From positions 36,652 through 100,651 of the IMG/VR virus record IMGVR_UViG_3300031371_000001: a stretch of 64,000 bases of DNA; one strand, 5' to 3'. This DNA comes from a virus. The notes under the pieces are model-generated. The model saw only the letters and a list, made by a program, of their open reading frames with translations, was not told the origin of the DNA and made no database searches. Both the position numbers and the translations under genes were made by a program. Below, piece after piece: positions 38,427 to 46,954 of this stretch (the stretch's first letter is position 1; every line of letters begins with the position of its first letter).

Positions 38427-39176
38427 CTATCCGTCAAGCAACGCCTCAATGTCATCACGCTCCGGGCGTTTCGACTCCCGGCGTTTCTTCCTGACGGCTT
38501 TCCCGCCGGCGGCCTTTGCGGCGCCGCCCTTCGCAAATCCGGGGCGCCCTTTCCCTTCGACGCTCCGGGCACCTACGCCTTCGGGTTTCGTCGTCGGCTC
38601 CGGAGCCTCGAACGAATCGACTTCGATCAAGTCAGCTTCGATCACGGACTCCGCTTCAACGTCGAGAATATCACCGTCCCCCGTGCTTCCGACAAGGCGG
38701 CGCATTGCGTCGACTTCATGAATGATAGAAGCGCGGAGGGAAGGGCTATCGAGTTGCGCGACAACGTGCGCGTGAAGGTGCTTCACCGTCTTTGTCGGAG
38801 AAACAATCACTCCCATTTCCTGACCTCTTGCGATCGACTTGTCCAGCATTTCGCCGGCAGTCTTCAAAGCGGTTACAGCCGCTCCGAAGCTTCGCGCCCG
38901 GACAGCCATCCTTCGAACCCTGATCAGGTCCGAAATGATCCGCCTCATTTGGATCAGGTATTCGGCGTAAACCTCCTCCACTTTCAGGGTAGAGATCCTC
39001 CGTCCTTCTTCGGAGATCGCTTCTTCTTTCAAGGCGAGATATCGATCGAGTCGCAAGCCTAGAAACTCGGCGGCGGCTTCGTCGCCGGTCCCTTCATAGA
39101 TCATCCGGAGAACGCGCGCCCGATTCAAGCGCGCTTCGATCTCGGCTTCGGTCGTCTTCTCGATCGCTTTCGTCAT
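38427..39176 (-). CDS. Probable terminase small subunit
   Basis: N-terminal HTH-like region, helical core, charged tail; upstream of TerL. Confidence 0.65.
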   Translation of the reverse strand: MTKAIEKTTEAEIEARLNRARVLRMIYEGTGDEAAAEFLGLRLDRYLALKEEAISEEGRRISTLKVEEVYAEYLIQMRRIISDLIRVRRMAVRARSFGAAVTALKTAGEMLDKSIARGQEMGVIVSPTKTVKHLHAHVVAQLDSPSLRASIIHEVDAMRRLVGSTGDGDILDVEAESVIEADLIEVDSFEAPEPTTKPEGVGARSVEGKGRPGFAKGGAAKAAGGKAVRKKRRESKRPERDDIEALLDG

Positions 39177-39204
39177 TGCTTCATCTTACCATGCGAAAAT
39201 TCAG

Positions 39205-39276
39205 AAGGGGAATCGGGACTCGAACCCGAAACATCCGGCTCCAAAGGCCGGCGTTCTGCCATTGAACTATTCCCCT
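39205..39276 (-). tRNA. tRNA-Gln(UUG)
   Basis: AGGGGAA-TA-GTTC AATGGCA GAAC-G-CCGGC CTTTGGA GCCGG-ATGTT-TCGGG TTCGAGT CCCGA-TTCCCCT-T; no encoded CCA. Confidence 0.92.
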
Positions 39277-39277
39277 A

Positions 39278-39487
39278 TCATCCGATCTGCGTTGCCGGGA
39301 TCTTCTCCCCGTTCTTGACGATCCAGTTAGAAAGATCCGCAAGCTTGTTCGGCGCAATGTCCTTCCCAAGCCGCGAGTTGATCTTATCGGCCGCCTTGCG
39401 TTCGACAAGATACAACGTGCCTCCAATGATGAACGGGACCTTCGACGGATCGCGGATTGCTTCTTCACGAGTCCTTCGCTTCTTCAT
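39278..39487 (-). CDS. Hypothetical protein between the tRNAs
   Basis: 69-aa ORF filling the gap. Confidence 0.5.
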   Translation of the reverse strand: MKKRRTREEAIRDPSKVPFIIGGTLYLVERKAADKINSRLGKDIAPNKLADLSNWIVKNGEKIPATQIG

Positions 39488-39511
39488 TCACGCCGCCTTT
39501 GAAATTGCAGG

Positions 39512-39577
39512 GACGCCCAACCTTCACCTTCCCGCTTGCGTATTTGAAGACGCCCAACCTTCACCTTCCCGCTTGCG
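39512..39577. repeat. 29-bp direct repeat
   Basis: GACGCCCAACCTTCACCTTCCCGCTTGCG at 39512-39540 and 39549-39577. Confidence 0.95.
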
Positions 39578-39585
39578 CCCCCTAG

Positions 39586-39657
39586 TGACCCTGACGGAAT
39601 TTGAATCCGTATTGCCGGCTTGAAAGGCCAGTGTCCTAACCGTTAGACGACAGGGCC
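39586..39657 (-). tRNA. tRNA-Glu(UUC)
   Basis: GGCCCTG-TC-GTCTAACGGTTAGGAC-A-CTGGC CTTTCAA GCCGG-CAAT-ACGGA TTCAAAT TCCGT-CAGGGTC-A. Confidence 0.92.
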
Positions 39658-39662
39658 ATTGA

Positions 39663-40178
39663 TTACAACCTCGACAGCTTCGCCTCCCTGTCCAAATCAC
39701 CCTCCGGAACGATCGTCAATGCAACGTCGATCTCCGGGGGAGGAAGTGGATTGAACGAAAGCGCCGCCTCGAACAATGCCAGCCCACGGCCCAACCCACG
39801 CGACAGCTTGAAGATCCCGAACCCCTCGATCTTCAGATCAGCCCCGATCAATGTCGCCTCCTTCCGCGTCACGGTCAAGGGAATGTCCTCGATTCCGCAA
39901 GCGTGTTGAAGGCGATCGATGGCCCTTCGAGCATTGGCCAGGGACGCCGGCACGGAGGAAACTCGAAATTCGCCTTCTAAGCGCCTGAAGCGTCCGGGCA
40001 TATGAGGGTCCGTCCCGGGTGGAAAAATGGCCCTGACGCCCGCGTGAAGCGTTTTCAGGGACGCCTCCAACGCCTCCCTTGCTCCGGGGGTCAACGGGAC
40101 GGCGTTTACGGGGACGACGCGCGCCCGCCACGGATCCTCCTTCAGGTCAAACGGGCGCCTTTTTCGTCTTGCTGGCAT
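39663..40178 (-). CDS. Hypothetical protein
   Basis: ORF from MPARRK, downstream of a terminator. Confidence 0.55.
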   Translation of the reverse strand: MPARRKRRPFDLKEDPWRARVVPVNAVPLTPGAREALEASLKTLHAGVRAIFPPGTDPHMPGRFRRLEGEFRVSSVPASLANARRAIDRLQHACGIEDIPLTVTRKEATLIGADLKIEGFGIFKLSRGLGRGLALFEAALSFNPLPPPEIDVALTIVPEGDLDREAKLSRL

Positions 40179-40212
40179 CTTACTTGATATTATGGAAAAC
40201 GCCCCCGTCCCA

Positions 40213-40254
40213 TAAACGAACGCCCCGGGCGGGGTGGCAGGACCGCCCGGGGCG
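40213..40254 (-). terminator. Intrinsic terminator closing the 42.3-40.3 kb operon
   Basis: 12-bp stem CGCCCCGGGCGG/CCGCCCGGGGCG followed by TTCGTTTAT. Confidence 0.7.
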
Positions 40255-40278
40255 CCGCAACGGGGGAACAACGGGGAA

Positions 40279-41715
40279 TCAGTCGAGGATCGTGATCTTC
40301 TTCCGCCCCTTCAGGACGACGAAGATCCGTCCGTTTATCTTCGTCCAACCGACCGTTCCGGACACCTTCACGCGAAGCCCGATCGGGGACCTCTTGAGAG
40401 TCGCCTCCGAATAGTCGAATCCGTAATCCTTCACGACAACCCTCCAGCCGTTATCGGCCTCGATCTTCACCTTCTGGAAAGAGTTGTAACGGGGCCGCTC
40501 CACGAACTCGGTTGCGTCGATCGTCCCCTCGAACTCGATCTTGTCGTCCACGGCCGGCGCCGGCGCCGTGTCCACCTTCGGCGCCTCCTTCTTCGCAGTC
40601 TCGCGATCAAGCGCCGTCTTGATCGACTCGATCCACCGGGCCGACATATGCCAGCCCTTGACGATCGCGTTCTTCGAGTTCTTCCAGAAAGTCCGACCGT
40701 CCTCCTCCGCGTTCGCCATGATCTGAAGCATCGCCCAACGCTCCGGGGTTCCGCAAACCTCCAACGCCCGCACGTCGGCCGCCGTGTCCCTGGCGATCTT
40801 CCTGGCGACTCGCCTCCAAGTGGCATCGAAGCCAACCCGCTTGATCGCCGTGAAGATACCGTCAACAACCTTGTCCGTGTAGGCGGCGCCCGAACGAATC
40901 GCCGGGATTCCCCGCTTCGCGTCCTCGATCATTTTCGAGGTCACGCAAGGGGGGATCGCATCCGTGTCCGAAGCGTCCTCGATAAGCGCGCGGAAGGTGT
41001 ATCCCCAACCGGACCCGGAATCGAGCAAGTCGTCAAGTTTCTTGTTCACTGAAACGATCTTGCGCGTGACGTAGGCCGCCCGCTTCATCGCCTTCGCCAC
41101 GGCCGCCGCGTCCTCCGGATCCGGGTAAACGGCGTCAACGTAATTCACGATGCACTCGCAACCCACAAGGAGGGTTAATTTCTTCGAGTCGCAAACGAGC
41201 GGGTAGAAGTAGCGCACGGGCCGGTGTCCGCAAAGCCGGCAGATCCCGGGGTCGCCGCCGTCCCCGAACTTCACCTCCGCGTCCGGGCCGGCAACCTCCT
41301 TGAACCCTGCGATCATGATCGATGTGTACTCCTCCGGGGTGGGGCCGTAGCCGCCAAGAACGACGTAACCGCCGCGCTTCCCACGAAGGGGGCGCCAATC
41401 GTCCGCCGTCGTTCCGAGGTGGAGGAAGGTGCGCCCGATTCTGATCAGGTAGGAAAGCTTTTCGCGCGTGACGGCGATCGCCTCCTCCGTCTTCGCTCCC
41501 CTGACTTCCTCCTCCAGGGAATTGATATCGACCTTCACGCAACCCGTGTCGTTCAGGTTCTTCAGTTCCCCAAGCAATACCTCCAGAGTCACCTCCGGGA
41601 GGTCTGTTGCCTTCGGCTTGCTGAAAAGGCTTCGCGTTGTCTCGATTGCAGTTCCCATGATTTCCTCCGTTGTTCCGTTTCCGTTGTTCCCGTTGTTGTT
41701 GTTCCCGTTGTTCAT
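40279..41715 (-). CDS. Hypothetical protein with Zn finger and probable C-terminal OB fold
   Basis: CRLCGH...VGCEC; beta-rich C-terminus; Asn/Gly low-complexity N-terminus. Confidence 0.75.
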   Translation of the reverse strand: MNNGNNNNGNNGNGTTEEIMGTAIETTRSLFSKPKATDLPEVTLEVLLGELKNLNDTGCVKVDINSLEEEVRGAKTEEAIAVTREKLSYLIRIGRTFLHLGTTADDWRPLRGKRGGYVVLGGYGPTPEEYTSIMIAGFKEVAGPDAEVKFGDGGDPGICRLCGHRPVRYFYPLVCDSKKLTLLVGCECIVNYVDAVYPDPEDAAAVAKAMKRAAYVTRKIVSVNKKLDDLLDSGSGWGYTFRALIEDASDTDAIPPCVTSKMIEDAKRGIPAIRSGAAYTDKVVDGIFTAIKRVGFDATWRRVARKIARDTAADVRALEVCGTPERWAMLQIMANAEEDGRTFWKNSKNAIVKGWHMSARWIESIKTALDRETAKKEAPKVDTAPAPAVDDKIEFEGTIDATEFVERPRYNSFQKVKIEADNGWRVVVKDYGFDYSEATLKRSPIGLRVKVSGTVGWTKINGRIFVVLKGRKKITILD

Positions 41716-41716
41716 C

Positions 41717-42103
41717 TTAGTTGCCCCGAACCTCTGAAAGCTTGCACGGCTTGAAGAAGCGGTCCCGCTCGATCGAGGGGACGCCGTAGCCCGTGAAGGT
41801 GAGAAGGCCCAACTCGTAAAGGTCGAAGTAGCCGGCCTCCAGCCCGAAGCCGGTTCCGAGGTCCACGTAACCGAAGAAGGTACGATCGCCGTCGAATTCG
41901 GTTGCGTACCAAGTGGCGGCGGACTGGATGGAAAATAGTTTGACGAAGACGGTTGGATCCGCCGTGTCCTGCGAACGAAGGGCCGGAAGCTTCTTCGCGG
42001 AAGCCTTGTCGAGTAGCTTGTGGCGGCGCTTGCCGTCGATCCGCTTCATGAGATAGGCCAGCTTATCCGCGTCCAGATTGGCGATCATTTCGGAGTAAGT
42101 CAT
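41717..42103 (-). CDS. DUF2958 family protein
   Basis: VKLF...ATWYATEFDGD..FFGYVDLG...EAGYFDL.EL...IERDRFF. Confidence 0.85.
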   Translation of the reverse strand: MTYSEMIANLDADKLAYLMKRIDGKRRHKLLDKASAKKLPALRSQDTADPTVFVKLFSIQSAATWYATEFDGDRTFFGYVDLGTGFGLEAGYFDLYELGLLTFTGYGVPSIERDRFFKPCKLSEVRGN

Positions 42104-42104
42104 T

Positions 42105-42311
42105 TCACGCCTCCACGGTGGAAAGGATCCGGACCCTCCAGCCCTTGCCCTTTTCGATGATCATCGGAAACCCGTCGTTGTCGAACACGTCGAACCGGAC
42201 GACTTCGCCGGCGCTCCGGAAAACTTCTCCGATCCAACCCTCAAAGGTTTCGATCCTGTCGTGCGAAACCCTAACCTTGTCTCCGACCGTGATTGCGTTG
42301 ATCCTTTTCAT
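42105..42311 (-). CDS. Small SH3-like hypothetical protein
   Basis: ITVGDKVRV; GGAGG SD; an in-frame upstream ATG at 42353 is also possible. Confidence 0.6.
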   Translation of the reverse strand: MKRINAITVGDKVRVSHDRIETFEGWIGEVFRSAGEVVRFDVFDNDGFPMIIEKGKGWRVRILSTVEA

Positions 42312-42338
42312 CGTTCCCTCCGTCGTTGCCGTGTTGCT

Positions 42339-42446
42339 GTTTCCCGTTGCCATGATTAAGTTATAGCCCGATAGGTATCGGATGTCAAGCCTTAGAGTCG
42401 ATTATTTTCGGGTCCTATGTCGTTTTTTCTCTAAGTGTGCTGAAAT
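42339..42446 (-). promoter_or_regulatory. Class I (early-type) promoter cassette, copy 1
   Basis: TTGACA(42388-42383)-17bp-TATAAC(42365-42360); ~105-bp homology to 58312-58418. Confidence 0.85.
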
Positions 42447-42511
42447 ACGGCGATTTCTCCCCATATTTCCCCTGAATTTGGTAGCTTTCGAGGCTTTCAG
42501 GAAGGAAGGAT

Positions 42512-43417
42512 CTAGACCCCGGACAGCTTGGAAAGGACGAATCGCCGGCGTTCCGGAAGGAGGGAGGCGAACCCCGGGGACGTGTCGAAGCCAAGCCCCC
42601 GACGATCCAGCGCGTCCGCAACCGCGATCGTCGTCCCGGATCCGGCGAAGGGATCAAGCACAACGTCCCCCGGCTCCGTGGCGTGTCGGATCGCGCGTTC
42701 GGGAAGCGCGACAGGGAACAACGCCGGGTGTTTCCCCCACGGTTCGAGGTTCACTTCCCACACGTCGCGCGACTCGCCTTTGATCTTCGTCCACTTGTAA
42801 CGCTTCGACTTCGAGCAAAGGAAGATCGGTTCGTGTGCATTCGCAAGGCGATCCTTCGCAGTCGTCGGCATGGGGTTTTGCTTCGTCCATTGGATCACAT
42901 TGCGGACAAGGAAGCCGGCCTTGCGAAGCGCGAAGAAGATCAGGAAGGGGATTCCAACAAGCGTCTTGCCGCCATTCGGATCATACGAATCCGCAACGTT
43001 CCAAAACAAAGTTCCGTCGTCCCGGAGGACGCGGCGAAGTTCAACGAAGATTTCGAGACAATGCCGCACGTAATCGCCGGTCTTCTTCTCCGTTCCAAGC
43101 GCGCCGTTCCAAGCGCCGCACTTCTGACACGTCGCCTCCGAAATGAACCCGCGTTGAATTCCCGCCTTCGTTGCTCCGACCTTCGCGTTCCCAATCGACA
43201 ACCCCCCGCTTGTCGTCAACCGCTTGTTCCAAATCCAGTTGTGATCACAATCCGGATCGTCGTCCCAAATCGTCAGTTGCGTTTTGTCGTAAGTGCGTTT
43301 TCGGAAGTAAGGCGGCGATGTGAAGATCGTCTGAATGCAACCGTCCGGAATCCGGGACAGACAATCCCGAACTTCTCCGACGTGATAACCGGGAACCTCG
43401 AACGGACCTAGTTTCAC
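42512..43417 (-). CDS. DNA methyltransferase, N6_N4_Mtase beta class (SPPY, probably m4C)
   Basis: FTSPPY, HPALFP, VLDPFAGSGTT; GTGA overlap with ParB. Confidence 0.92.
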   Translation of the reverse strand: MKLGPFEVPGYHVGEVRDCLSRIPDGCIQTIFTSPPYFRKRTYDKTQLTIWDDDPDCDHNWIWNKRLTTSGGLSIGNAKVGATKAGIQRGFISEATCQKCGAWNGALGTEKKTGDYVRHCLEIFVELRRVLRDDGTLFWNVADSYDPNGGKTLVGIPFLIFFALRKAGFLVRNVIQWTKQNPMPTTAKDRLANAHEPIFLCSKSKRYKWTKIKGESRDVWEVNLEPWGKHPALFPVALPERAIRHATEPGDVVLDPFAGSGTTIAVADALDRRGLGFDTSPGFASLLPERRRFVLSKLSGV

Positions 43418-44271
43418 TCGCCTTCGGTCCAATCGGGGATATCGTCGATCGCAAGCGCGACTTTCAGCGCGTCAACGAATCCGTCGATATAGGATCCCTT
43501 CGGCGGCGAGATCGACTTGTCGCCTTCCTCGATCCCTTCGAGGATCTCGTGAAGGACATTCCATTTGCGCGTGCGGCGCCGCGGCTTCGGATCTCCACCT
43601 GACTTCTTCGACGCGGCCTTCCGAACGTCCTTGCCCTTCGCCTTCTTCCCGCCGCTCGAAGCCAGCGCGTCCGCAAGGGCGGACTCTTGCTTTCTCTTGT
43701 CGTCGGGGAAGCGGCGGACAAGCTCCGACACGACGGACGGTGCAACCAGTCCGTCGATCAACGCCTTGCGAACCTTCGGTGCCGCCTGAAGAAGTCGGAG
43801 AGATCGCGTGACGTGTTCGCCGTCACGTCCCAACTTTTCGGCAACGTCCTTCGCCTCCATTCCGAAATCGAGGAGGCGCTTGTATCCTTCGGCCCGCTCG
43901 ATAGGGGACAGATCCTCCCGAAGCTCGTTCGCAAGAACGGTCGTGAACAGCGCGTCCGATTCGTTCGAGTAACGGGATTCGAACTCGACAGGGACCGTCT
44001 TGATCGGTGCCTTCAACGCCTTCTTCGCGTACAGGATCGCGCGGAGGCGCCGCTCCCCGTCCACGAGAACGATCCGATCCCCATCTCGACGGACAAGGAG
44101 GGGTGTCTTCAGACCGGAGTTCACGATCGACTTCGCGAGACGCTGCAAGCCGTCCTTGTTGAAATCCTTTCGTGGGTTCCAACCCTTTTCGATCTCGATC
44201 GCTTCGGGCGGCACCTGATAGGCGTTCCTTTTCTGGATCCCCTCGTGAAGTGCGGTTATCGGCTTCGCCAT
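43414..44271 (-). CDS. ParB-like protein
   Basis: WNPRKDF, LVDGERRLRA, NELREDLSPIE, followed by an HTH. Confidence 0.9.
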   Translation of the reverse strand: MAKPITALHEGIQKRNAYQVPPEAIEIEKGWNPRKDFNKDGLQRLAKSIVNSGLKTPLLVRRDGDRIVLVDGERRLRAILYAKKALKAPIKTVPVEFESRYSNESDALFTTVLANELREDLSPIERAEGYKRLLDFGMEAKDVAEKLGRDGEHVTRSLRLLQAAPKVRKALIDGLVAPSVVSELVRRFPDDKRKQESALADALASSGGKKAKGKDVRKAASKKSGGDPKPRRRTRKWNVLHEILEGIEEGDKSISPPKGSYIDGFVDALKVALAIDDIPDWTEGE

Positions 44272-44304
44272 GATTCAACCCTTTCCAGGGACTATCGCCC
44301 CGTG

Positions 44305-44628
44305 TTATTTGCTCCAAACGTCAAGCTTGGATTCAAGCTCGATTTCGATCTTCACAAGCGAACGCATCGAAGACGCCGGAATCAAAGCGTCCCCGCTGGA
44401 CACCTTGTTGATTGCCTCCTTCACGCGCCGCGTGATCTCGACAAGTTCCTCCATTCGATCGCGCGCCTGTCGCTCGAATTCCTTTGCGCGGCGCTTGTTG
44501 GACTCGAAGGCTTCGCGAAGCGTCTTGTTCTCGGCTTCAAGCCTTGTCGCCTCGACCTTCCAATCCTTCTTTCCTTCGTCCGATCCGTTCGTTGAAGGCT
44601 TCGCGTCGTTTCCTTTGTTCTTCGGCAT
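44305..44628 (-). CDS. Hypothetical coiled-coil protein
   Basis: AGGAGG SD before MPKNKG. Confidence 0.6.
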   Translation of the reverse strand: MPKNKGNDAKPSTNGSDEGKKDWKVEATRLEAENKTLREAFESNKRRAKEFERQARDRMEELVEITRRVKEAINKVSSGDALIPASSMRSLVKIEIELESKLDVWSK

Positions 44629-44836
44629 CCCTTGGTTCCTCCTGATAGACAATGTAGAGATCGACAACGTGACCCCACGTCAACCCGGGGATCACTTTTG
44701 CAGCTTCGTTCAATTCACGCGCGATCAATGTTCGGAGCTTCGCTCCGTATCCTTTCGGACTGCCGGGAAGGAAGCCTGAACACAAGCCAAGCAACTTCAA
44801 CGCGCGAATGTATCTTTTCCTCCAATCGACTTTCAC
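44537..44836 (-). CDS. Hypothetical protein
   Basis: GTGA overlap with the upstream gene. Confidence 0.5.
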   Translation of the reverse strand: MKVDWRKRYIRALKLLGLCSGFLPGSPKGYGAKLRTLIARELNEAAKVIPGLTWGHVVDLYIVYQEEPRDAEEQRKRREAFNERIGRRKEGLEGRGDKA

Positions 44837-45597
44837 AACCCCAACCCGATCTTTCCTATCGCCGTCCCGTTCTTACGAACCCACGCCTGAAACTTCTTCA
44901 GCTTCGCGGCCGTGATTTCACCTTTCGCAAGATGCTTGCGAATCTTATCGACTGTGGCGGCGTCGAGAAGGTACAGACCTTCCCCTTCAAGACAAACGAT
45001 CACGCGGCCCGAAGTCTCGATCGTCTTTGCGATCATTTCTCCGCTGTCGCGTTCGAGCATTTCCTTTGATCGGACAAGGACGAAATCGACGTATAGATTC
45101 CCCTTCTCGGATCTGACTTCGGCGGCTTGGACGAACCATTCATCCGGCGGGGCATCCTCCAAGGTGAAGACGAATCCGTTTCGCGGCGCGGCTTGCGGCT
45201 TCAACGTCAACGTCGTCCCTTCGAGGAACGCTTCAACGGCTTTCTGTCCCCGGAGGCTTCGCGCCTTGTTGCCGTAAACAAGGGGGGCGTCCTTGATCGG
45301 AGTCTTGCGATCGAGCGTTGCGAAGAATTGGGAAACGCTCGAAGACGACGGCCAACCGCGTTCTTCGAACGCCTCCTTGATCGCCTTGTAGAGTTTCGAT
45401 CGCTGTCGTCCTTCTTCCCTTGAATACCATTCGCGCCCTTCGATGTCCTTCGCGATCATCTTGTCGGCAAGGCCGCGCGTTTGCAGGATCAACGCAAACA
45501 CGTCCGCCTCCGTAGCCGGTTCAGAAACCCTCTTCACTCGTGTTGTGAAGAAGCGCCGAAAGCGTTGAAGGCGGCGCGGCGGTTTGGCGAAAGGCAT
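44833..45597 (-). CDS. Hypothetical protein
   Basis: 254-aa ORF in a coupled operon. Confidence 0.7.
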   Translation of the reverse strand: MPFAKPPRRLQRFRRFFTTRVKRVSEPATEADVFALILQTRGLADKMIAKDIEGREWYSREEGRQRSKLYKAIKEAFEERGWPSSSSVSQFFATLDRKTPIKDAPLVYGNKARSLRGQKAVEAFLEGTTLTLKPQAAPRNGFVFTLEDAPPDEWFVQAAEVRSEKGNLYVDFVLVRSKEMLERDSGEMIAKTIETSGRVIVCLEGEGLYLLDAATVDKIRKHLAKGEITAAKLKKFQAWVRKNGTAIGKIGLGL

Positions 45598-45601
45598 TCT
45601 T

Positions 45602-45745
45602 TCAGTCCTTGATCAACAGCAATCCGAATCCGATCATGACAAGCCCTTCGATGCGATCGATTGACGTCCCATAATCGAACATATGGTAAAAGACCCGGAT
45701 CCCTACGCCGGCAACGATAAAAACCCAACCTGCGAAGCGGATCAT
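45602..45745 (-). CDS. Small two-TM membrane protein
   Basis: MIRFAGWVFIVAGVG...; ATGA overlap. Confidence 0.5.
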   Translation of the reverse strand: MIRFAGWVFIVAGVGIRVFYHMFDYGTSIDRIEGLVMIGFGLLLIKD

Positions 45746-45951
45746 CGATCGTCCCGCCTGAAAAGAGCGGCTTCGCATTGCCAACAAAGCTTTCCCGACT
45801 CCGGAAGCCGGGGCGCCTCCTGGACCCTAACGCCGCCCATATCGAACGGAAGCGATTTGCCGCAAAGACAATTTCGAATTCGAAGATCGTTCTTCGAATG
45901 CCACTTCGTCCAGGGGCGCCCGGGTTTCTTCCATCGAATGAAAACGATCAT
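45742..45951 (-). CDS. Small Cys/His Zn-finger protein
   Basis: WH...CLCG...CWQC. Confidence 0.55.
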   Translation of the reverse strand: MIVFIRWKKPGRPWTKWHSKNDLRIRNCLCGKSLPFDMGGVRVQEAPRLPESGKLCWQCEAALFRRDDR

Positions 45952-46658
45952 CGATCGGAACCGTTGCCAGGTACAAAAGCCGGAAGCTTCACTCCTTCCT
46001 TCGCCGCAACCTTTTCGATTTCTTCGAGCATTCGTTGAAGCGCGAAGGCTTCGCCAATAAGCGCCTTCGGTTCAACCCCATTGCGGGCGGCTCTTGCCGC
46101 GGCATCCGTCACCTTGCGGCGTCCAGCTTCGGCAAGATCCCGACAGATCGAAAAAGCCTTTTGCATCCCGGCGCCGAAGTATTCGCCCGGGTCTATCTGC
46201 GGCGCCTTCACGTCAACGGGACGTGATTTCTCCCGGCAGTCTTCGACCTGTTCGCATTCGTCGCAAACAAAGTGTTCCGGTTCGAAGAAACCGAAGCAAG
46301 ACTTCACAGGGTTCTTGCGGCATTCCTCGACGTGTCCGCAGTCTTCACAGTCCTTCGTTCCTTTACGGTGCCAGAGTCCGAAGCAATCGGGACGACAGGC
46401 GGCGTCCGTCGCGTCGTAATCGATCCCGTTCCGCTCCCGCCTTTCGGCTTCGCGTTCCTCGCGGCGCCGGCGGTTGCGATCCGCCTGCTGCTTCTTCGCG
46501 CGAACCTTCGCTCCCGCCGCTTGCGCGTTTCTGCAAGAGGCTTCCCAACCGCACCTTTCGCACTCCCGCGCGCGGTTATGCCAACGCGAAAAACAATCCG
46601 GGGAGGCTGTCGTCCCGTAGGCATTTGCCTTGCGCGGCTGCAACTTCTTCGCTTCCAT
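45948..46658 (-). CDS. Protein with three C-x10/11-C-x2-C-x5-C repeats
   Basis: See finding on the four-Cys module. Confidence 0.75.
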   Translation of the reverse strand: MEAKKLQPRKANAYGTTASPDCFSRWHNRARECERCGWEASCRNAQAAGAKVRAKKQQADRNRRRREEREAERRERNGIDYDATDAACRPDCFGLWHRKGTKDCEDCGHVEECRKNPVKSCFGFFEPEHFVCDECEQVEDCREKSRPVDVKAPQIDPGEYFGAGMQKAFSICRDLAEAGRRKVTDAAARAARNGVEPKALIGEAFALQRMLEEIEKVAAKEGVKLPAFVPGNGSDR

Positions 46659-46660
46659 GA

Positions 46661-46954
46661 TTAATCATTCCTCCGTTCGAGCCAAAGGCCGCGTTTGCGA
46701 TACGTCCCCTTCTCGACAATGCGATCCATGCGAACGCCGGTCGTCCTTCCGGAAGGCCAGCGGACATGAAGGAAGCACGTTCCGACACTGACGACGATCC
46801 CGACACGCCGGGGGTATTCCTTCCCTCGATAGAACTTGCGTTCGATGTCGTGAAGCCGATCGCCCGGGTGGATTTCGTCCGGTTGGCGCCGCGGCTGTTG
46901 CGGCCCGGAGTATCCAAGGATCATTCGCGGCGGACGCGGCGGGCGCCATTCCAT
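46661..46954 (-). CDS. Hypothetical SH3-like protein
   Basis: IHPGDRL...GIVVSV...VRW. Confidence 0.55.
   Translation of the reverse strand: MEWRPPRPPRMILGYSGPQQPRRQPDEIHPGDRLHDIERKFYRGKEYPRRVGIVVSVGTCFLHVRWPSGRTTGVRMDRIVEKGTYRKRGLWLERRND

Noticed and set aside
39512-39577. Mini-CRISPR or third tRNA
   Set aside because: Only 8 nt separate the repeats and no full cloverleaf can be drawn.
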